A DNA stretch of 59,732 bases, counting the filler, from Sphacelaria rigidula (taxonomy: Eukaryota), in assembly GCA_964200075.2 (NCBI GenBank). It is 5 parts of 5 records of this genome, joined end to end, with 100 filler letters (N's around TTAATTAATTAA, not from the genome) between each part and the next. Parts side by side here need not be neighbours in the genome. Positions count along the whole stretch, not along the records: positions 47,868 to 59,732 come from CAXNAA020004404.1; 4 more parts are not named here. One strand, given 5' to 3'. Position numbers and translations under genes: made by a program. The notes beneath the pieces were generated by a model, which was not told the origin of the DNA, did no database searches, and was given only the letters and a program-made list of their open reading frames with translations. Positions 50,571-59,732 of the stretch are shown one piece after another. Every line of letters begins with the position of its first letter. The first letter of the stretch is position 1.

Positions 50571-51261
50571 TGGTGTCCAACCCTTGCTTGTGTAGAGTCA
50601 ACACTGGCATGCTCCGGCCACAAACTTTCGGAGGGGAGGGTTTTCTGGCGTGTTGGTCGGATGAGGTAAAATGTTACTTCTTCTATATAGAGTAAATAGT
50701 ATGCCTATTCACAAATTGTACTTTCAACAGCGTATCTTACCTGCAACATCATTTAGCATGTAGTATAGAGTGCTTTTGAAGTTCACGACTCGGTGTCACT
50801 GGGATGTTTGAAGAGCATGTACAGTGAGCGTACTATGAGGGTACGCTGCCTCGGCTCTTCGCACTCTTTCGCTCTGTCGTCTACTTACCATTCGTACGTT
50901 GAGCATAAGAAGTTGAACATTGGCTATGTAGTTTGTTCTGGTCCCGTGGTACTCTTTTTTCCTCCCTGGTTTTGTCCCGTGGGTGCCCTGTGCTTCGTCT
51001 TTCCGCTCGCTGCATAATTATACCGTACTCATGCACAAACAGATCATGGGGTGATCAAAACCAGGACCTCAACAGTGTCGCGCACTACGAGCCGGAGGTA
51101 ACAAGATGTTCAAAGCAAAATGACCTAGCCGATATCATTGAATGAAAGGCAATATGGTCGAACGAGACTTGGACAAGTTCCACGAACCAGAGGGCCTACA
51201 ATTACGTCGGGGCGTTTCGGGACATCAGGCTCCAAACGGCTGCGGAAGCTGTGCAGCCGCG

Positions 51262-51577
51262 TCGTTGTTGTATGTTGTTGTGATTTTCGCTGTTGTTGTG
51301 TGCTGCTGTTCGTCGCTGCCGTGCCGCCGCTGTGTGTTGCTTCTGCTCGCCGCACGGCTGTGCTGTTTTTTTGTGTTGTTGTTCGTCGCTGCCGTGCCGC
51401 CGCTGTGTGTTGCTGCTGCTCGCCGCACGGCTGTGCTGTTTTTTTTGTGTTGTTGTTCGTCGCTGCCGTGCCGCCGCTGTGTGTTGCTGCTGCTCGCCGT
51501 ACGGCTGTGCTGTTTTTCTGTGCTGTTTTTCGTCGCTGCCGCGCAGCTGCCGTGTGTTGTTGGTTGTTGCTGCTCTG

Positions 51578-51614
<37 letters not shown>

Positions 51615-51747
51615 GGTTGTTGGTTGTCGGTTGTCGGTTGTCGGTTGTCGGTTGTCGGTTGTCGGTTGTCGGTTGTCGGTTGTCGGTTGTCTGTTGTCGC
51701 TGTTGTCTATTACTACTGTTGCTGTTGCTGTTGTTGTTGTGGTTATA

Positions 51748-51788
<41 letters not shown>

Positions 51789-51816
51789 TCGTTGCTATTG
51801 CTGCTGCTGCTGCTGT
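51262..51816. repeat. Compound minisatellite/microsatellite block
   Basis: About 3.5 copies of a ~71-bp GCT/GTT-rich unit, then (GTT)n, (GTTGTCG)n and (GCT)n. Confidence 0.95.
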
Positions 51817-52377
51817 TTCCACCTTGCTTTCTGCTACACTGGTTTGCTGTTGTTGTCCCGCTTGTTGTGTTGTTTTTGCCTCTACCGCCTATTTGTCGGC
51901 TGCACTTTTCTCGCTCGCTATCGCATCGCATGTTGTCATGTGCACGCGTATTATCCGCCCTCATGTTCTTGATGAACCTTGCTTCGATCTGATCGCAGAG
52001 TTTTCGTTTTGTCATTTTGGCCTGCAATGTATCACCTTCGCTTGACCTATACCTGGTCAGCCATAATATCACCGCTGTACCTAACCAGCAATGATCGTGT
52101 TCTAGACATTCCCTACATTGTTCCGGTAGTTTTGTTGCAAAAATAATTGGGACAATCAACCCACCATGATCAGTATGTACTTTGTTTCCGGGGTTGCATT
52201 TTTATTGTTGCCATGCGGATTTGTGGAATGCACATGCAGTAAAGCCTCCATTTTATGTCGATCTTGTTTGCTTTTCTTTCATCTTACATACTCATATTGT
52301 CTGCATCTCCGGGTGCCGTGTCTACCATAACTGTCTTTTGAGCCCCTCGATTGTATTGTGAGTGCCTTGTAATTTTG

Positions 52378-52534
52378 AGCCGCCGTCGTCTTGCTCTGTA
52401 GAGCTGCACTATTTTTCATTTCATGTTCTGGCAATTTTGTATTTTATTTTGATTGTCTTACTATTTGCGCCGCCGTCGTCTTGCTCTGTAGAGACACTCT
52501 ATTTTCCATTTCATGTTCTGGCAATTTTGTATTG
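52378..52534. repeat. Tandem duplication, ~90-bp period
   Basis: gccgccgtcgtcttgctctgtagag...ttctggcaattttgtatt occurs twice. Confidence 0.9.
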
Positions 52535-53175
52535 TGTTTGGCGCTCGTGATGGTTTTCTTTGACCGTGCGGGTGTAGGATATCCGCAGGGCCTTGTCTGT
52601 TGCGCTGTCTGTACTCATCATGATTGAGCAGGATTCCGCTTGTGATCGTTTCATCTATCTGGTTCGCAAGGCTGAAATGCCGAATTTACCGCCCGGCACA
52701 TGACATCCCGATCTGCGTCACGTGGTATAAAACCGAGTAATATTTTCACTGACTCCAAGTCTTTCAACGCATCCTCTATTACTTCCTCCCTTGTTTCACC
52801 TACACTCTTGCCTTGGGTATGTCACATCCCGATGAGGGGACCGGCGCTGAACGTGATTGCTTTGGGGAGGACACGCAAGAAACAATGAACAGTTTACTTA
52901 TGACGGTATGTTCCGGCGTGGAGTGTCAGCAATCTGGCTTGGTATAGCTAATCCCGTGTACCTTTTTATAGGATTCTGGTGGCAGGGTTATTGCCTTGGT
53001 GTCACTTGACATGATCTCCATTTTTATCCCACTCTGGTGATCGATTGAATAAGTTTTCTATTCAACAGGTTGACTTCTTGACGCACCCTGTACCGTAGTT
53101 GACTACTACCTTGTCCCTTACTGATACCGTCGTTGGATACTACTTTGCTCAGGTGCTTTAAACTTGGCTTTCGAT

Positions 53176-53509
53176 ACCATGCAACCACAAATATTTTCGT
53201 GCAATGTCTTGTCATTACTTATGCAGTACGTAGACTTAGTTGCCCTGCTTTATATTTTTGCCCTTCATGTCTAGCGTACCATGCAAGGTGACTGCCAAAT
53301 ATTTTCGTGCAGTGTCTTGTCATTACTTATGCAGTACGTAGACTTAGTCGCCCTGCTTTATCTTTTTGCCCTTCATGTCTAGCGTACCATGCAAGGTGAC
53401 TGCCAAATATTTTCGTGCAATGTCTTGTCATTACTTATGCAGTACGTAGACTTAGTCGCCCTGCTTTATCTTTTTGCCCTTCATGTCTAGAGTACCATGC
53501 AAGGTGACT
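53176..53509. repeat. Tandem triplication, 108-bp period
   Basis: taccatgcaa anchors at 53277, 53385 and 53493; copies nearly identical. Confidence 0.95.
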
Positions 53510-54767
53510 TCGCGACTACAAACCGTGTCTTTGACATTTCCTATAGACCCTACACTTGGTTTTCAGACACTCATTCCGCCGATGTGGTCGCTGACCCCCC
53601 TCAGGGGGGGCGAAGCACGAGTTCCATTTTTTTTACTGGTTGTTGTCTCGTGTGCACACCCTTTGCCACAAAACAACGCGGCTTCCCACCATGAGAACGC
53701 CGCATGATCAGAAAAGAAATGCACAAGCTTCTTGGCCGAGGTGTTGCTCACCCAACTTTCCCCGGCAAAGGTTGGCGACTACACGATTTTATGATCAGTA
53801 AAATTTGCCAAGTTCGCCAAACATATCTTTGCTGCAGGGTCTCACAGGTTCCTTAGCCTGTTAATTGATGATACCGGCCCCCTCCAAATGCAACGCAATT
53901 GCTCAGATGTCACGTCCATACAATCGAAAAGCTACGTTCGTTTCTAAAGCCACCAGGTACCTTGGCCAGTTTGTCCAGGAGCATAGCATTCTTGTCGCCC
54001 TGCTGACCGATATTCTAAATATGTAGGAAAGCCAGTAGTATTGCTGCACGATGTAGGTAACCGCGCACTCTCCTTTTGCTGCCAAACCCTCGTGCCGTAC
54101 AACTGCACCAAGACGTCACCACCACAATCCGGTCGTCTCATGGCGGCTCAGCTAGGATATGGCATACGAACTAGACTCTCGCCCAATGAGCATCATTGTA
54201 CAATCATGCGTGTGAGGGCATGTTTCTTGTCTCGATATATTTAGTACAACGTACCTCATTATTATATTTTTACTCAGCATGCCTTGTCTATTTTATTTTC
54301 GCCATGATTATGTCGACAGTTTCACGGGATTCGAGAACCTAGGGGGACGGCTGCTGAAAAGGTTACAGAATTGTACAAATCTTGGCCCCAGAGAGAGTAC
54401 GTTTCACGCATACTCTTGCGCAATCGTACCCTACCCGACGACCCGACGCCATCCTACCGTCTGACACGTTTCCCTTCGAGCTCTGGACTGGCCGTAAACA
54501 TTACATACATACCACCGCTGTCTCAAAAGCAAGAAGTTCCTTCCATATCCGCCCACTCCATCCGAAACACGTCATACTCGAAGTGTTTGCGTCCCGCCTT
54601 GAGGGGGACAAAACTGGAACGCTGCACCCACATTCTACCTGACCCCTGAATTTGTCCCCGTGTTGGACTGCATTGCCTGGATCTGTCACCATGTTGGATC
54701 GAGAACTCTACGTTGTTTCAGGCACTGACGGGTGGGAAAAAGGGAAACACTTCAAAAGGGGGGGGGG

Positions 54768-55240
54768 TACTCATCTGTTTCGAGCATCCAAGTAATTTCT
54801 TTAGCTGCTGTAATCGGCACTGTTCCCAACTTTTTTACCAACTTCACTGCATCCAAGTATTCTCTGAGCTGTTGCAATCTGTACTGTTCACAAGTTTTTT
54901 AATTTTATTTCACCCAAGTATTCTTTTACCAGCTGCCATTTGCACCGTTTCCGCATCAAAGTATTATTTTAGCTGCTGCCAGCTGCACTGCTTCCAATTT
55001 ATTCAGCAACTTTACCCCTTGCTTTGCCATGTCTAATGCTAGTATCTAGGTCATCAAAGAATACCTCGAGTAGAGAGGGTGATAAACGTACATCCTGGTG
55101 CGACTCCTTGCAAAATATCGAAATGTTTCCATATTTCCCAGTCTAGCATCATCGCACTTTTGGCACATTTCTGTCGTCTTCATCGTCCACACCTTTCCTT
55201 TGATCACAGTTCCTCATATATTTCCCACAGCCCATTGCCC
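54768..55240 (-). pseudogene. LINE RT fragment, internally deleted, with a four-fold repeated segment
   Basis: Minus strand matches 59340-59495 (FDILQGV.GC..SP), then jumps to four copies of the KLETVQ..A.K.ILGC segment. Confidence 0.75.
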
Positions 55241-56164
55241 CATACTGCGTCATGAGACTTTTGCACCTGCATCACCCCACAGCTTCTTCGACCCCGCCAT
55301 CGCACTCGAAGCACCCCGCGTCCCCACGTAGTGATGCCTTGAAGCTTTTGCCCATGGGTGCTACCTTCTGGAAAGGCTATAGCAGTGCCGAGCTGAAGCA
55401 CCACGTGTAGAATTATGGGAATTTCTTTCGGCGAGTACGATACGAAGATGGAGACTGGAAAGAGCTACCTCGCCCGGAACTCGAGCGTCCCAAGCCGGAA
55501 CGGAGGAACAAAGAGAGACTGGAGCCAAGGACGTTTACGAAGAGCTGTTGTGTGATGTGGTATATGATGTTATTGCGTAACCATATATCGCTGCTACCGT
55601 ACGCTCCAGTCATGAATTTCGAGTGTTCTAGTCTTTTTCTCTTGTCGCTTTGTTATTGATTGCTCCCCATTTGGTAACATACAAGCGCATGTGTGAGCCA
55701 AGACGCGTGGGCTCCAGTTCCAGTAGAATAGGCGTCAGTACTTACAGAAAAGCACCCTGCAAAAGCTGCACTCCTGTAACTATTGATCAGGTCGCGGAAA
55801 GGTTGTTTTTAGCGAGGTTCAAGCCCCGCACTACCCAAGAATCCAGTGTAACTGATCCAGGGTGTCGACGCGCGATCAAGCTAACTAGCCGATCGTTCTC
55901 CAGTTTAACTGAGATCCCGGGAAACGACAGCGACCGTACGTGTCTGCTGTTTCTGTCGTTGGAGAGGGCGTTATAGATGTTTTCCCTTTCCTAACGGATG
56001 GAGTTTTCCCCCGCTTGTCAGGGTTTACCCATTCAATAGATCTGTAATGCAGCAGGTTTTTCTCGTTTTACTTTCAGGCGTATGATGCACAGACTTTGTT
56101 TTTGCTCTGGCCTTACCAACTTTCCAATACTTTTTTTTAGCCATATGAATATGGCTAGGGGAAG

Positions 56165-56616
56165 GTTACAGATTTATTGGTCACTGTCCAGTCGATTAGG
56201 TTCCCATGTGTCATACCTTGTCATGCTTGGTACCTGATGGGTCATACTCCATTGTGGTTGGATTGACCCGGCTGCCCTCACGTGTCACAGCGTTTTGGAC
56301 CATGCATCTTAACTAGCAAAGCACAAGTTGGCCTGGACGCCAATAATACAAGAGCATCTACGCCATCATGGACTGCTATCTCAGAGGATTCTCTGGTCTT
56401 CACAAATGTAAGCCTGACCTTCATGCAACACATGTTATCTTGCAGCCTGCGCGGCTCATGGCATGCCACCTGACCACTGGTGCGGTGGCTGACTTAACAC
56501 TTGGTAACGTCGAACTCAATGGCTTCGATAGTAATGATTGTGTTCGGGCCCGCTAGCCCTGGCTCCCACTAAACTGGCACCTTCCCACCTAGGTGGTGAG
56601 TATCGTACCATGACAC
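56165..56616 (-). repeat. Dispersed ~450-bp repeat, copy 2
   Basis: Collinear with 50117-50570. Confidence 0.85.
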
Positions 56617-58049
56617 ATACTCTACTCGGTCTACCCTTGATCATAACTTTTGACTCGCACCCCTACCTGATGCGAAGCGTTTCTTTCCCCCCGCTGTCGC
56701 TGGCACCTTCTCCACGAACCAGACAAAACTTCCCCACGGAGACACGATCGAGCTCGACAAGGCCTTGGAGGATGTCGTGTCTAATGTCACCAGAGTCGAG
56801 AGTGCCCAGCCGCTCGGCATGATGAGTCCATGTATTTTCGATCTTGAGTACCCGCGTAGTGTTGAACGTGTCGGTATCGTTCTCGCGTGGTGCCAATTAG
56901 ATGGATTCGTTTGACTGCGGCATGGGGAGCATCATCCCCACACGGGACAGAAGCACGTCCTGTTTGCGCCAGTTTCTAGTTTGAAGTTGTTGAAATTGAC
57001 CCAGCTGTATTGAAGCGCCCGATTTATCGACTGTAACACGCCCCATTAACTCCTGCGATCACCCGTACCCTTCAACGCTGCCCCCGATCAATCACTTCCA
57101 CAGGATCATGCAGAAGACGTGCAAGACGCATGTCTTCTAAATGTCGACGCTTGGCGTGACAGCAGAGTGCGCAGAGCGATTTGTGAAGGCCACGTACTAC
57201 TGCTCCTCGAGGAACGGAGCACGGATGGGGTAGAGGTGGAGCAGGAGCGGTGTAAGGGCTGACTCTCCTACTCGGCGCTGGGGTCTATGTGTAAGAAAAG
57301 GTCGTGGGACCTCTGTTATTGAATTGATTCCCTTGTTGATTAATGTATATTATACTCTCCACCAAAACGTAAAAATCCAGAAAAGTGCACTGCCAAAAAG
57401 GGGGGGTGGTCAATCGTAAAGAGCCGTTCATGTACAAAAACAACACGTCAGAACCTAGTTCCTTGGCCACGCGATTGGGCGTGTGCCTCTTTAGCGGATT
57501 CTTGCTGCAACGAACAAATCGGGTATACCCTTAATAACAGAACTGTATCTCTTATTTCTCCTTCACCCATATGTCATAATCCAACCACAATATCCATTTC
57601 CCAAGCTTCCAGGCCTGAGTACATGCATCCATCATTGAGTGTGAGTATATTCGATTACGGTGGTCTTGGAGTCTAGCGAGACCCAGCGTCCGGTGTTCGT
57701 GTACCGTTGATTGCTGGTCAGCTTAGCATGATGTTCTTTTTTGGTTGGCTGGTTCCGAGTGGTCCCGGTGTTTTGCAGCTAATTTGCTGATGCGGTAGTA
57801 TCTGTTTTCCCGTGTTGATGGATTATGCGTTATTCTTGATGGGTCCGTCGGCACATGGTTGGGTGCATTTTCGGAAAACAGATGCGGTCGGCGAGAGTCC
57901 CTGGCAAAATCGATTTGCTGCAGCTCATAGACGGGGGACGCTCCATTGCCTTCGTGCAAGAAAAAAACTGGAATGACCCGCTGCCATCGAGGGTGAGGTC
58001 ATGGAACATAATCCAGGGTCCAAGACGTTTTGCGACTACTCTCGGCATG

Positions 58050-58330
58050 AAAAGGCGGGATATCAGTGATCATATCACACGCGATGACTTGCGCTTTGAA
58101 AAACAACGACGGAAACTGCGGCGAAAGTTTTGAACAGAAAACTGATTTAGAGATATCTGACCCGTGTTTTCCGACCAAGGCGGGGAATTTGATAGTAAAA
58201 TCTCGTCGAGAATGAGCCGCCTTTCTCCCGATTCCGAGCGCAAACGAGTCCCAAGTCCACACGACGGATGGGGGCATCAACTGCATTTGCGAATAAATTC
58301 TGGCACAATCTGGCTGTATTGTATCTTTTA
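58050..58330 (+). pseudogene. Highly decayed Gypsy-type integrase core fragment
   Basis: ISDHITR (compare VMDHLTR in the 9156-9716 ORF) followed at the expected distance by PVFSDQGGEFDSK. Confidence 0.5.
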
Positions 58331-58629
58331 CTCGAACCGCACGCCTCTACTACGTTGAAGATGACATCTTGAACGGTGCATTTTCCTACAAATAAGTGTG
58401 ACCTGTGTCCGGCGCGCAACATTTTTCAACATATTCTGCCATTTCCATTCAGGCAAAAATAGGTGGCAGGAATGTCCAACACGCTACACATGTGAATTTT
58501 TCGTCTCACTAACGGAACCGTGGAAGCGAATTGTTTATCGCACAATACCTCACTCTCAATCGTACTTTCAACTCACAATTTCACGAAAATATTGTTAAAG
58601 GCAGAAATCAAGACGAAATACCGTCCATA

Positions 58630-59175
58630 GATGACGCGGGGTACAAGGCAAAAGAGATACGATCGAAATAAGGGGGAAAGGATCGCTCAGACGCAAAGTA
58701 GACTAGGGAAAACACCTGGCGATATACGGGTGGTTGAGAGGGGGGATAGGGATGAAAGCATACTTGCATGGCCCAATGGAAGCGGCGAAAAATATGAAAC
58801 TGCGATTTCGGGTGGGGGACCTAGACCTGCCGAAAAAAAAAAAGAGATATACCAGTCGTCGAAAGGACGAGGAAGTAGATCGACAGCACTACCTCTGTGG
58901 CAAAGCAATAGAGAACAGAAGTCATCTAGTGACAGAATGTGAGCTATACAACGGGACGTGCTAGAGGGGGAAATGCGAGACGTGAACAAAGGTGGCATGA
59001 AATCGTTTGATGCATTAGACAGTAGGGAAAAAACGATGGGATAGATGGTGGCCAGAGACGGCGAAACAGGACGGGGATAAGATATGTAAGAGGTTTTGTG
59101 TAATGTATGGAAGAAACGACATAAGCTGCGGAAGAAACGTGATAAGCACCAGCATGTTGGAGGTGTCTCTATTAG
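58630..59175 (+). pseudogene. LINE 3' region (homologous to 31660-32240)
   Basis: AYLHGPMEAAKNMKLRFRVGDLDLP...YLCGKAIENRSHLVTEC, ending atgttggaggtgtctctatt as at 32210. Confidence 0.85.
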
Positions 59176-59179
59176 TACA

Positions 59180-59732
59180 CATAGTTGCGTAGACCATGTG
59201 TGCACACTAAGCAAGATTATTCAGGGTAGGAAACACACCGGGCGGACAACGTGCTGTTTCTTTCTAGACGTGAAAAATGCCTATGCCACAGTATGGAGAA
59301 ATGGGCTGTGGAAGAAGTTGTGGGAAGCTGGGATAAGAAGAGGAAAGATGTGGAGAATGGTGAAGAAGATGACAGAATGTTCCAAAAGTGCCATGATGTT
59401 AGACGGTGAAATTTCGAAATATTTCGATATCTTACAAGGAGTTACACAAGGATGTACGCTATCACCCACTTTGTTCAAGGTATTTATTAATGACTTGATA
59501 ATAGCAATAGAAGCAGCAGAGCAAGGGGTTCAGGTGGGGGAAGATATGGTATCAGGATTGATGTTCGCGGATGGTTTTGTGGGAATTTCAGGAACACCAG
59601 AAGGACAACAGACATAGACAAGGCGCTAGAATACACGAGAGAATGGAGAGTGACAGCAAACGTCAACAAATGCGCGGTACCCATCTGTAACGAAGATGAG
59701 AAAAATCCGGTAGAGTTCAAATGGAAGTGGGG
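59180..59732 (+). pseudogene. LINE reverse transcriptase core
   Basis: CVDHVCTL...FFLDVKNAYATVWRNGLW...GVTQGCTLSPTLFKVFINDL...MFADG (the YADD-equivalent motif is mutated). Confidence 0.92.

Noticed and set aside
51138-52159. 200-284-aa Cys/Leu/Val- or Gln-rich ORFs
   Set aside because: Produced by stop-free microsatellites and open in several frames at once.

Overview
Repeat-rich eukaryotic nuclear DNA, most likely from a brown alga or related stramenopile. That assignment is an inference from the GC content, GT-AG introns, TTAGGG repeats and the GHLEVLKWCRANGCPW-type ankyrin family. The window is not one locus: it is five unrelated contigs (1-11868, 11969-23835, 23936-35802, 35903-47767, 47868-59732; 11868/11867/11867/11865/11865 bp) joined by 100-bp N-TTAATTAATTAA-N linkers. 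Supported content: (1) a decayed Ty3/Gypsy chromodomain-bearing LTR retrotransposon with 3' LTR and polypurine tract; (2) an intronless gene with about 18 copies of a 25-aa ankyrin-like repeat, with a near-invariant framework and a hypervariable segment; (3) three in-phase exons of an alpha/beta-hydrolase gene; (4) LINE RT fragments, tRNA-headed SINEs and a second Gypsy integrase relic; (5) many non-autonomous TIR elements and long foldbacks. The last group includes a hAT-like element (8-bp TSD) filled with a 44-bp hairpin satellite and a nested piggyBac-like insert, a 3-bp-TSD element carrying telomeric repeats, a 2.6-kb element with ~800-bp TIRs, and an ~800-bp hairpin whose arms encode two homologous hydrophobic ORFs from one central CATG. 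No CRISPR array, rRNA or intact tRNA gene is supported.
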